Shown here piece after piece: positions 1 to 12,787 of a DNA stretch of 64,000 nucleotides. The notes beneath the pieces are model-generated. The model saw only the letters and a list, made by a program, of their open reading frames with translations, made no database searches and was not told the origin of the DNA. Made by a program: the position numbers and the translations under genes. The stretch is from Octopus sinensis (lineage: Eukaryota), in contig NC_043006.1 in assembly GCF_006345805.1 (NCBI RefSeq), positions 8,804,001 to 8,868,000 of the forward strand. The letters run 5' to 3'. Every line of letters begins with the position of its first letter. Position 1 is the stretch's first letter.

Positions 1-149
1 ACACACGCAAAATCATGCATACATCGAAGGAGACAGAAACACACGACCATACACACCTTTCAACGCCTATACGCACACATTGAAACAGGCATTAAGCACA
101 CGGGCACACACATATATAAATATATATATATATATATAATATATATATA

Positions 150-311
150 TATAAGCGAGAAAGAAGCAACAAGAATGGATAGGTTTTTAGTACGATCGTT
201 TCATACAAGGACAGGTTTTATTAAAAGTTGCAACTTTTAATAAAACCTGTCCTTGTATGAAACGATCGTACTAAAAACCTATCCATTCTTGTTGCTTCTT
301 TCTCGCTTATA
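150..311. repeat. Perfect spacer-less palindrome (81-bp arms), probably a PLE pLTR remnant
   Basis: 150-230 is the exact reverse complement of 231-311 (centre AAAGTTG|CAACTTT). The arms contain GAAACGATCGTA, the same HHR 3' half as at 24.4 kb. Abuts (TA)n on the left. Confidence 0.85.
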
Positions 312-420
312 ATCACCCCACATTACTGTATTGTTAAATCAGTATAGTTTTTTTGGTGCATCTAAGTTAGGTACCATATTCAAGTAAATTCATTTAAATT
401 AACTTGAATCTTTATTGCTC

Positions 421-460
<40 letters not shown>

Positions 461-1040
461 AAGCATACACACCCACACAAATATATATATATATATATAT
501 ACACAAAGCATACACACCCACACAAATATATATATATATATATAGGCAAACAGGTGCACTGACACGCAAACTCACATGCACAGACACACACACAAATACA
601 GACGAACGTATATGGAAGCGGAATTACTCATACAAAAAATACTCATATACATGCACAATCACATAAGCAGGCACACACATAGACTCATAAATATATACAC
701 ACTCAAGCATACACGCACACTGGCTTGTGCACACACGCAAGCTCCAAGATCTCAGACAGACAAACTTGGGCCCCGTAACGGACTAAAAAAAATTCATTGG
801 AAAAGTTGAAAATATCTCAAACAATAAATAAAAAAAAACCCCCAAAGTAAAACGATTTACTGTGCAACCTAGCACTCGAGCAGTTATTTGGATATTTAAC
901 CAAATGACTAATAAAAGAGTAGAATTGAACTAGTGCCCGTTTTAAAAATATTGGTATAATGACTCTCCTTAGACTCAACAAAGTTTCTTCTATCACACGA
1001 AGTCACATAAAGAACCTTGCAAGTCAGACACAAAAGCGAA

Positions 1041-1063
<23 letters not shown>

Positions 1064-1072
<9 letters not shown>

Positions 1073-1624
1073 TTGAAATAGAAAGATGAATTTTCTTGTT
1101 ACAGATTATTCAAAAGTTTAACCGATACCTGGGTAGCAAAAATCACAGCAGAAAAAGCACGGTTGGAGATAGGACCATTTGGTGTTGCAACCGTGCGTGT
1201 GCGGATAATTGAAGTTTAATATTATTAGTGAATGGAAGAAATGGAGTTGAACGAAGATTATACAGAATTCCTTTTATTACATTCTACACATGTTTCAAAG
1301 GCCACAATTTTCCAAATTATGATTAAATAAAGATACCATATTGTAGCTTTCTCTTCAGGAAAAAACAGGAATTCCGTGGACAGAACAAAACAAAACAGAG
1401 GCGCAGCAACGCAATTCGAACGAGGACGCTCCTTAAGAGCCCATGGCTGAACTGTTTTGTTTTGTTCTGTCAACGGAATTCCTGTTTTTTCCTGAAGAGA
1501 AAGCTACAATATGGTATCCTTATTTAATCAGAATTTGGAAAATTGTGGCCTTTGAAACATGTGTAGAAGGTAATAAAAGGAATTCTGTACAATCTTCGTT
1601 CAACTCCATTTCTTCCATTCACTA
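1064..1624 (-). mobile_element. Solo PLE pLTR with inverted partial copy (relative of the 7.8-11.9 kb element)
   Basis: 1064-1447 on the minus strand aligns by eye with 11545-11921. Arms 1226-1398 and 1452-1624 are inverted repeats with about 5 mismatches. (TA)n on both sides. Confidence 0.85.
1480..1575 (+). ncRNA. Type I hammerhead ribozyme (mirror copy on minus strand at about 1275-1370)
   Basis: CTGAAGA 1492-1498; stem II AAAGCTACAA/TTGTGGCCTTT; GAAAC-ATGT-GTA (cleavage triplet 1563-1565); stem I TTTTC/GAAGG. Confidence 0.65.
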
Positions 1625-2121
1625 TATATATATATAATATATATATATATATATCATGTTTGTGTGTGTGTTTCGTGCGTGTGCGTGCGAAATCTTTTGG
1701 GTAATTTATTTTATCATCGTCAGAATTCTATTTTCTTTTTAATTTACATATGCTAAACTTCAAAGCCCTGCGTGCAATTCAGCCAGAGGAAATGCATAGT
1801 GACGATGCGAGGTAATTTTGGAATAATACGGTATGGTAAATGAAAATTACGTGTTTGAGTGATTCGGTAAGTTATACCTGTCGTCACTAAACGATCGTTT
1901 GTATGCATTCAGTAACGCTTAAATATCTAAGAATTCTTTAGCTCTCACTTATCATTATTAAGGTAATGTGGAACAGTAGTTTGCTTGCCTATCTTAGGCC
2001 AATATTACCTGCTGAGCAAACAAACCACTGTAAACTCTAATACTGAATTTCCTACAGCATGCAAAACCATATATACGCCATGTAGCTTCGTTATATCTAC
2101 AGATTTACTGACAACGGTGAA

Positions 2122-2453
2122 TGTGCATGGCTCAGTGGATAGAGCGTCGAGCTTTCGATCGTGAGGTTGTGAGCTCGAATCCCAGACCGGCCTGCGTGTT
2201 GTGTTCTTGAGCCAGACATTTTATTTCACGTTGCTCCAGTTCACTCAGCTGTGGAAATGAGGAGCGATGTCACAGATGCCAAGCAGTATTGGCCTTCTCC
2301 TTTCCCTTGGACAACACTGGTGGCGTGGAGAGGGGAGGCCGATATGCATGGGTGACTGGTGGTATTCCATAAACAACCTTGCCCGGACTTGCGCCCGTGA
2401 GGGTAACATTCTAGGTGCAATCCCATTGTCAGTCATGACCGAAGGGGGGTCTC
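2122..2453 (+). mobile_element. tRNA-derived SINE, family C
   Basis: A-box TGGCTCAGTGG and B-box GCTCGAATCCC. The body is shared with 42055-42258. Confidence 0.8.
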
Positions 2454-3683
2454 AGACTGACAAAAAATGTACCCTATTTACACGTTCGGTGTATATACAC
2501 ACGAGAAAAGACAGATATAAATATTCCGAGTTTTAAAGTGATGGAGATATTTATAAGCCAAATGTTACTTTGAAGCACTTACAAGTTTGTATAATCGACG
2601 TCTCCGTTTATCGAATTCTAAATGCAATACCGTGAAATAAGGTAGTTAAGATAAAAATAATATCAGATGTTGAGCGCTCGTACCTATCAACAATATTTCT
2701 CTCTCCTTTAAAACTGTGATGCTTCTTCAACAGCATTCTAATCTAGGACTTCTAAGGCACGATGTAATATATTTATCTCTCAAACTTTATATAACGGGTT
2801 ATTGCAAACAGCAAAACAAAAGATACATCAAACGTTAACTGCATATCACTAATGTGATGATATAGAACGTTTCTTGATATCTATTGAGAATTACGTTTTG
2901 TTTTTGAAAGCTTACATTTAAAGAACCAGAACACGCGTGTGTGTGCTTTTGTGTGAACGGCCTGTGTGCGCATGCATGGCTGCATGCGCGTCTGCGTATG
3001 TCTGTTTGTATATGTGTGAGTGCGTATGTATATGTGCGTGCGTATTTGTATATGCGTGTTTGTGCCTCTGTACATGTCTGTGCGTGTTTGTGTGTGTGTG
3101 TGTCTCTATGTTTGTGTATGTGCGTGTGTGTGTGTGTGAGTGCGTGTGTGTAATACAAATGGATTCGGAGAAAAAAGCGGAAGGCACAGTTAGCGGAACA
3201 GCTGACGAACGGGCTTAAACGTCGCACATTTATCAAATTACGATGTGATTATGCATTATGAGTGTACAGGATACACTGACAGTAATATGTTGGCAGCTGA
3301 ATTTCTATAAGTGTATTTTTGTACAAGTTTGAAATATAATTCTTTTCTTATGTCATCCACTGTCATCCATCATTACGTATAAATTTAATGGATCTTGTTT
3401 TGTATACAAGAGATGAGTTCGAGGCGTCTACAAAATGGCGTGTATAATTGCTCAGTCTTATATTTACTTACGCACGCGTGCATGTCTGTGAGTGCAGCGT
3501 AGATATTTTAAATGCAACTGCATCGAATTTACTGATCTAACATGAAGGAAATTATGAAAAAGCTGTAAACTTACGGAATCAACAAAACTTCTTTGCCTTT
3601 CACATCGAATTTACCTGTGCGTAAACACACACATACACACATAGATATGCACTTATGTTTGTATGTAAGTATGTATATATAGG

Positions 3684-3845
3684 TGCAGGAGTGGCTGTGT
3701 GGTAAGTAGCTTCCTTACCAACCACATGGTTCCGGGTTCAGTCCCACTACATGGCACCTTGGGCAAGTGTCTTCTATTATAGCCTCGGGCCGACAAAAGC
3801 CTTGTGAATGGATTTGGTGGACGGAAACTAAAAAGAAGCCAGTCG

Positions 3846-3877
<32 letters not shown>

Positions 3878-4123
3878 GGGGGGGGTTTGGGGGGTGTATT
3901 ATGTGTGTGTATATGTTTGCGTGTCTGTGTTTGTCCCCCCAACATCGCTTGACAGCCGATGCTGGTGTGTTTACGTCCTCGTAACTTAGTATTTCGGCAA
4001 AAGTGACCGATAGAATAAGTACTAAGCTTACAGAGAATAAGTCCTGGGGACGATTTGCTCGACTAAAGGTGGTGCTCCAGCATGTCCGCAGTCAAATGAC
4101 TGAAACAAGTAAAAGAATAAAAA
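3684..4123 (+). mobile_element. tRNA-derived SINE, family A (internal (TA)n/(TG)n)
   Basis: TGGCTGTGTGG A-box, GGTTCAGTCCC B-box, 3' end GCAGTCAAATGACTGAAACAAGTAAAAG. Copies at 5.6, 12.3, 29.2 and 45.9 kb. Confidence 0.85.
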
Positions 4124-5597
4124 GAGAGTAATGAGTATATGTACACAGATTTATGTATGCATGTAAGCCATACATTACTCGCGTGTGAATTGTAAGAAAG
4201 AATATATATTTAATTTTTATAGCGCTGTTAAAATATGCAGACAGTTTTGGTTAGGGTTTATGTCTATGGCGCACTACTTAAACTTACGTAGAAGCAATGG
4301 AAAAAATTAGATTTTCTTTTATGATTTTACTTGTTTCAGTCATTTGACTCCGGCCAAAAAATATATAGTTTTCCAAATGATATAAAAATTGTTTCACTTT
4401 TGGTTTAAACTGCAGTATACATTTTCAACCTTTTCAAATTTATTCTGTGCATACAAGGCAGTCAGTTTCTGGCAGAGTATTATGTAAGTAGAGTATTATG
4501 TAAAACGCTTTTGCTTTTCTACATTCAATCTTTTGAAATTATAAAACAAAAAGTATAGAAAATTTTTAATCTTCATAATATCTTTGAAGCTGATATTTCA
4601 TATAGACAAATGTAAGAAACATAACATTATTCCCCTGGGAGCAATCTCAAAATTTATGACTATTTCTAATAAAAATTTTTTTCAAAAATGCCATTTAGTA
4701 TATTAATTTTGTTTTTGTTGAGGAAACGAATATATCTTATATATTTATTACATTTTATACTCTATAGTTTAATCCTTTAAATCTATCAAACTTATTTATA
4801 ATTATTGCAAAGATTAATCATCAATATACATTTAAAAAATTCATTTCTGTCGCGCCTTGAAGCTTTCAATGGCAAACATTGAGAAATATTAGCCTAAATC
4901 AATATGATATTCGGAAGTTGAAGTTTTCCGGTTTTTGCAAGTAAATGCGTAATCAAGGCTTCAGGATTTAACAAAGCTTAATGTTTGACATGTTAAACCT
5001 GTCTTTCTCGTTATGCAACTTGACATGCTGACTTAAAATAAAAGCGCCATTATCGATTAAATGCATGAATTGTCTTCCATTTGTAATTTTCGTTTTACTT
5101 TCAACCCTTTATAAGTGTATGTGTACGTTTGTGTATTTGTGTGTGTGTGTGTATTCTTTTTTGAATTAATGTTATCTGTTTTTTATTTGAAACTAAAATT
5201 TACAAAAATGTCAATCAATTGTGCTTGAAAACAGCGTTATGGAGCTGATAGTTTTATTCTTCACTTATCCTCTAATTATCTATATTGAATCGTACAATCA
5301 GTAATAGTCCATATATAAACACGGAAGACATTAATATTAATGATAAAGAAGAGTCTATTTATTTCTTTAGGCTGGGTAATTATTACTACATTCAGTCAAT
5401 CAAGTCATTAAATATACTTTTTCTTTGCGATTTACATAATGTGTGTATTTTTGAATTTTTTTTTTATATACACGAACAATTTGACTTCGTCATATTCATA
5501 CACACATATATTTAAAAGCCAAAAATACATACAAACGTGTGTGTGTGTGAGTATGAGAGAGTGTGCGTGTGTATATATATATATATATATATACAAA

Positions 5598-6250
<653 letters not shown>

Positions 6251-6973
6251 CTAATATATATATATACATATACACACACAGACACAACGTATCTATATGT
6301 ATAAATGTATGTCTGTGTGTGTGTCTGTGTGTAGTGTTTGCATATCTGATACTTGGAAATAATGCAGAATAAATTTTTTCGCACCAAATTATATGATTGT
6401 AATTACCATATAAAGTACTTTATGGAAAATATTTGAAGAGAATAGCGGTGATCATTTATTCGAAGAAATTCACCATTTCAGACCCAGTTCAAGTGGGTAC
6501 CTATTTTCATAATGAAACAACGGATTCACATTTCATTACTAAAACATAAATAAATCAAATACAACAGATCCCTTTTGTTTTCAGTCGTAGGATATAAAGG
6601 TATTTGTTATATGATGTTTCATTTACTATGACAGTTGAGCGTGGTTCTACTACAATTTCTTTGTTATTTCTTTCATGGATTGCAACTACAAATAGGTCCT
6701 GTCAATCGTTGACATTTGGTATTAGACAGGCTGAAGTTGGTATTGTTTATAGCAAATATATTTTACTAGATCCCATCATTAGACTGCGCCCAAGCTGTGG
6801 CAGTCCTACGAAGGATTTAGGCGATGAAATCAAACGGAATGCTTACATTATTATATTTTTTAACATCTGGTTGTCATCATTTCATTAGCCGCACCGCAAT
6901 TCACGGATGACATAAAAATTAAGATTGGTTGTCAAGCTTTGGTGAGGGGCTAAGTATTAATACAAACACAGAA

Positions 6974-6978
<5 letters not shown>

Positions 6979-7041
<63 letters not shown>

Positions 7042-7063
7042 CACACACACACACACACACACA
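6979..7063. repeat. (CT)n(CA)n compound microsatellite
   Basis: Directly visible. Confidence 0.95.
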
Positions 7064-7743
7064 ATCTATTGGCTTCAGAAGCAGCCTCTCTAACGAATAT
7101 CAATTAGCACATGCAAACTAATTTTAATGTGTTATTGTTCATAACGTCTACAATTGGGATACTCGTCCCTTGAATTCATGTCGTGTAGAGGACGAATGCT
7201 GAAATCTCAGTCGTCGGTTGACGATATTTATTCAGCACCGGCTGATCGCTCTGTTGTATCATGCCATTTCATCATACAACTGAACGTCACCAACAGTCTT
7301 TTATACACCGAATAAAGAACAAAATCATACGAAATGATTTAACTCACCAACGGTTAAATAACCAGTAGTCTGTCTAGAAGTTACCTATAAGCATTTCTAT
7401 ATGCGATGGCCTCTCGGGATTTTTCCCGCAGTCCTAGGAATTATATTCAAAACATACACGTTTAGATGTGCACAGTAGTTTATCTAGCGTCGAGTCAGTT
7501 CGTACACATTAAATGAAAATGGGTTATCCAAGTCTTTGTAGAAATGAGCTGAAATGTTTCCGTATGTAATAGATTGGCCAGACGCTGTATAACTGGCTCT
7601 ACTTGATATTTATATGTTGGTGAACCTATCTGCAGAAAGCCTTGTTATTCAATGAAAAGTTAAAAAGACTACGATTAACCATCTATATCCCCATATTCGA
7701 AAGTTATAACGTATGTATATACATGTATTATATATGCATATAA

Positions 7744-7814
<71 letters not shown>

Positions 7815-7883
7815 TTGGTGAATTGAAGAAATGGAGCTGAACGCAGATTGAACAGAAATCGTTTTGTTTTTTCCAACGGATTT

Positions 7884-7980
7884 CCTATTTTCTTCCTGAA
7901 GAGAAAGACACAATATGGTCCCATTATTCAATCGGATTTTGGTAAATTGTGCCTTTCGAAACACGTGTAGAATGAAATAA
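7884..7980 (+). ncRNA. Type I hammerhead ribozyme in 5' pLTR
   Basis: CTGAAGA 7896-7902; stem II GAAAGACACAA/TTGTGCCTTTC; GAAAC-ACGT-GTA (cleavage after 7969); stem I ATTTTCTTC/GAATGAAAT. Confidence 0.75.
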
Positions 7981-8234
7981 AACGATTTCTGTTCAATCTG
8001 CGTTCAGCTCCATTTCTTCAATTCACAATAATATTTTAATTTCAATTATCCGCACCAACGCACGGTTGCAACACCATATGGTTGTACCTCCAACCGTGCT
8101 GTTTACTGCTGTGATTTTTGCTACTAAGGTATCGGTTAAACTTTTGATTAATCTACTACAAGTTTATTCATCTTTCTATTTCACATAATACATACCGCTT
8201 CGTCAAGAAACTGCTACTTTAACCGATACCAATA

Positions 8235-11041
8235 ATGGAGTTGTTCGAGATTGATGCGTCCCTTAAGGATATTCCTATACCAACGAAGGATGCCTTCCTT
8301 AAGGAGTTGGTTTGTAAAACCAACGCATTCATAAACCGGATAAGATGGCTCGTTTTCTTCCACGAGAACGAAGATCTAAAATCGAACCGGACAACAGCAT
8401 CGTCCGAATACGGCCGGCTTTTTAAAACATTGGATACGCCGCCACCTAACCCAAGACTGAAGAAGTTTGAGGACGACTTGTGGGACATAGTTAGAAAGAT
8501 TAAGTTCAGGAAGTCACCCAGGAGAAATGCCCACCTCAGATACCTAGATAAAATTACCAAGGACATTAATAGAACGGACGGAGTCCTGGTCCAGTCCGAC
8601 AAGACCAGGAACACATACAAGCTGCCCATTAAGCAGTACCTAGATTTACTCGGTAAAGAGATCAAGAAAAATTATAGAAAAACTAATTGGAGTACCCTGA
8701 GGAAGGTAAACTTGGAAATTAAGGAAATAATATTTAAACACCGAATTCAAATGAGAACTCAGCCGCTTAGCAATCCAGATTTATAGTGAAGGACCATAAA
8801 CCGAACTTCCACACCAACCCAGCGCTAAGACTCATATGCCCTGCTAGATCTGATATCTGATATTTAAACACCGAATTCAAATGAGAACTCAGCCGCTAAG
8901 CAACCCAGATTTATAGTGAAGGACCATAAACCGAACTTCCACACCAACCCAGCGCTAAGACTCATATGCCCTGCTAGATCTGATATCGGGATAATCAGTA
9001 AGTACATTTTAGATAAATATATCCCTAGTTTAGTAAACAAGCTGAAGCTCAGCCTCTGGGCCAACTCCTCGCAGGTAGTGAAGTGGTTCTCTTCCATCCC
9101 CAATAAGAACCGTACTAGGTTCATTCAGTTTGATATCGCCAGCTTCTACCCCTCGATTAACCCTAGTGTGCTAAATAAGGCCCTCTGGCATGCTCACAAC
9201 AAGGCTGGCCTCACCAGAGAAGAGATAGATATCATTTTAGTTGCCAGGAAATCGTTTATTAAGTTTGATAATAAGTTGTGGATCCGTAAAGATACTCCCA
9301 ATGAATTTGATGTGCCTATGGGTAGTTCGGATAGTGCGCAGATAGCCGATTTGGTCGGAATATATATTCTCTACGAATTGTCCGACCAATTCCCGGAGAT
9401 CGCGGGCGGCCTGTATCGTGACGATTGTCTGTTTTACCTGCAAAACACCACGAACAGAATAGTGCAGAAAACTAAGAGCAGGTTAGCTAGGTTTTTTAAT
9501 AGAATGGGCATGAGTATAGTTTTTGATAATGAACTCACCAAGGCTAATTTCCTAGACGTTACACTTAACCTTAATAGCGACTAATACTGCCCTTACCATA
9601 AGCCTTCCACTAATTTGAAGTATGTCAGTGTCTTCTCAAATCATGCCAAAACCGTAACAGACAATTTGGTTAAAAACATCTCTCTTAGATTGTCTGGCTT
9701 GTCCGCCAGTACCGATATTTTTATGCAGAAAGCGGAATTTTATAACGCCGCACTATCCAAGGCCGGTTATAGGCAGAAGGTAATTTATATTGATCCGGCC
9801 CTTCCGATGCCATCATTCGGTCATCAGGATAGGGCCGTATATAATAACATTAACATTTAAGTAAGGACGGGAGCGGCGGATGCCGGGGTAGTCGCTCCCG
9901 CATTTAATTTAGCGAACAAGGATAATTATCGGTCCGGGAGGTCTTACACTAACCCAAGACCCGTTATTCATCCGAGAATCACCCACCCGAATGCGAGAGC
10001 TGGCGTCCCGACCCATCACACTGATAGGAATAAGCATATATGGTTTGTAATCCCCTTTGGTAAGCAGATTAGAACTAACCTCCCCCTCATGTTTAGACAA
10101 GCCATCGCCAATAACTTCCCCAGAAATTCCAAATATTACTCCACGGTTAACTCGCATAAAGTTAGGATAGCTTTCTCCAACACTAAAAACCTCGCCCAGA
10201 TAATCGCCTCCCATAATAATAGGCTACTTACTAAGACCCTATCACCTTTTTCCGGAGGCACAGCCTCTTCCGCTCCCGGTTTAATGCTCAGTAGGAATAA
10301 TTATAGTAGTAATAATGATATGAGAGTCAGTACAGTGACACATAATCTCAGCTCCAGCCAGGGAGTACCCACTAGGGGTATAGTTATAAATAGGGGTGTT
10401 GTGGTTGACGGTAACAATGGGAGTAGGGTAGAGAGCCCCAATAGCATCCCCACATCATTTCCCGCAATAGCAGCACCACGGGCACTAGCAATGACAGCAC
10501 TCTGATAGATAGTGGAGAATCAGGGGTTATTCCTATAGTTAATAGTGACGTAGTGGAAAATAGAGTAGTAAGCGGCTGCAGGTCTCGGAACGAATATAGT
10601 GACAAGAACGCAGTTCTAATTGCAGAAACTAATCCTAGCAGAATAAGATTCACGTCGGCGAACTCCAAGATCAAAAACGCCGTCTACCAATGCAAGGTTT
10701 ACACGGACTCAGATGTCTTCACTTATGTAGGGGCCTCATCCTCAAGATTGTCTTTGCGAGTCTCCAACCATTACGCAACTTTTCGGGACATGAACAAGCG
10801 CCAGACCACGGGACTCAGTAAGCTAATATGGCGACTGAAGGATACGAACTTAAGCTACACGCTGGAATGGTCAATTTTGTCGGTGGCCCTCCCATTTGAT
10901 AGGGGCAGAAGGCAGTGCAACCTTTGTGTCTCCAAACTCTTCCATATTTTGTTTGCCAGAGGCCGGATGGTAAACGGGCTTTTACAGTCGGCTTTTCGAT
11001 GCCCCCATTGGCGGCGTTACACTTATCTGGCTTTTAAATAG
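8235..11041 (+). pseudogene. PLE reverse transcriptase + GIY-YIG endonuclease, disrupted
   Basis: RT motifs FIQFDIASFYPSI, VPMGSSDSAQIADLVG, GLYRDD, FLDVTLNL. Endonuclease motifs AVY..YVG..R..NH..CNLC. Frameshift at about 8780/8910, 130-bp duplication, TAA at 9582 and 9858, frameshift at about 10500. Confidence 0.9.
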
Positions 11042-11621
11042 CGTTTATAAATAATACCGGCACCCATAGCCCTTGGTAACAAATTCTGAAATAGCCTTTA
11101 AGATATCTACGATTAACCACTGCAAGGGGAATTACTCCTGTAAGATAAACGGGGCTTGGTTTTTTCACAACGGGGGTTTCCTTGACAAGGCAGGCTTAGA
11201 TGAACACACACACACATAAAACATAATATATATTTTTTTTTCTGCCACCCAACGGTTCTCACTGCAGTAGCCACTGACAGCCGAACGATCAAACGCACAC
11301 ACGTACACAAAAAATGTTTTCTACCCCTACGCCAACACACACATATATAGAACAGTATACACACACACGTCTCTAAGTAGATTTTTTCTCGCCCCTTATA
11401 AAACATCCAATATTCCTTAAATAGTCAGAACTTTATTCTCGGTCACAAAGAACATCTACACACCCTCTCCCACATGATTGACCGATGCCTGACCCGTTAA
11501 ATTCTTCAGCCACCGGTTCTCAATATACACTGATAAACGGTTTCGCCATGGGCTCTTAGGAGCCTAGTTCGATTTGTTTTTGCTCCGCCTCTGTTCTGTT
11601 TTTGTTTTTTCCAACGGATTT

Positions 11622-11718
11622 CCTATTTTCTTCCTGAAGAGAAAGACACATTATGGTCCCATTATTCAATCGGATTTTGGTAAATTGTGCCTTTCGAAAC
11701 ACGTGTAGAATGAAATAA
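11622..11718 (+). ncRNA. Type I hammerhead ribozyme in 3' pLTR
   Basis: CTGAAGA 11634-11640; same fold as the 5' copy; GTA 11705-11707. Confidence 0.75.
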
Positions 11719-11919
11719 AACGATTTCTGTTCAATCTGCGTTCAGCTCCATTTCTTCAATTCACCAATAATATTTTAATTTCAATTATCCGCACCAACGC
11801 ACGGTTGCAACACCATATGGTTGTACCTCCAACCGTGCTGTTTACTGCTGTGATTTTTGCTACTAAGGTATCGGTTAAACTTTTGATTAATCTACTACAA
11901 GATTATTCATCTTTCTATT

Positions 11920-11963
11920 TTATATATATATATAATATATATATATATATATACATGTATATA

Positions 11964-11996
<33 letters not shown>

Positions 11997-12007
11997 ATAT
12001 GTATACA

Positions 12008-12053
<46 letters not shown>

Positions 12054-12075
12054 TATGTGTACATATGTATATATG

Positions 12076-12107
<32 letters not shown>

Positions 12108-12219
12108 GATATATATATATATATATAATATATATATATATATAATATATATATATATATTATATATATATATATATATAATATATATATATACATATGT
12201 ATATGTGTATATATATATA

Positions 12220-12250
<31 letters not shown>
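11920..12250. repeat. Long impure (TA)n microsatellite
   Basis: Directly visible. Confidence 0.95.
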
Positions 12251-12251
<1 letters not shown>

Positions 12252-12252
<1 letters not shown>

Positions 12253-12402
12253 CGGCGGCTTTCTTTCAGTTTTCGCCATCCAAATCCCTTATAGTACCTC
12301 GAGGCTAGAAAAGAGTCACTTGCCCAAGGAGCTGCGCAATACAATTTGAACCCAGAAACATGTAACTGGGAAGCAAGCTTCTTACCGCACAGCCACGCCT
12401 AC
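12252..12402 (-). mobile_element. SINE family A head
   Basis: Reverse complement matches the 3684-3845 head. Confidence 0.7.
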
Positions 12403-12787
12403 ACTTCAATATGTTCCCAGCAGCCATCTACGATATCACCTGAGTACTGTAAACAATTAATCTGTATCAACACCTTCATTGAAAATTTTTGTATAATACA
12501 AGAGAAAAGTGCTAGCGAATTCTGATACGATAACACCATAGTCTATGCGATATAAAGTGACATTCTGTGTAAAATATTGCCTGCTTTCACACGTATGTTG
12601 TTTGTCAAATCGAAGTGAATCTAATTTTGAACAGTGACCGGATTTTTGACACACGCAAACAAATGGTGTAGTGCATTATTTGGGGTTTCTACTTTTAATC
12701 ATCACTTTAATTTGGCTGCACCAAAATATACAGCAAGACCAAGAAATATTTCTTCTACTTTGTGTCTTTAATATAGATATCGCTTCA

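Larger units (their letters stand above)
7811..11921 (+). mobile_element. Penelope-like retroelement, near full length: inverted partial pLTR + pLTR + ORF + pLTR
   Basis: Direct repeats about 7862-8181 and 11600-11921 (about 3 differences). Inverted copy at 7811-7865. RT and GIY-YIG coding region between the repeats. (TA)n on both flanks. KDHK..F..P..RLI.P and C-terminal CNLC motifs suggest the Hydra-type C-terminal-EN group (inference). Confidence 0.92.

Noticed and set aside
2122-2190. tRNA-like A/B boxes here and in other SINE heads
   Set aside because: No closed cloverleaf, and each continues into a multi-copy SINE body
6585-6599. 15-nt microexon candidate (TTTTCAG|...AAG|GTATTT)
   Set aside because: Too short to support without transcripts
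9780-10570. Linker insertions as retained PLE introns (GTAATT at 9780, GTAAGG at 9861)
   Set aside because: No donor/acceptor pair was found that removes the stop or frameshift while keeping frame
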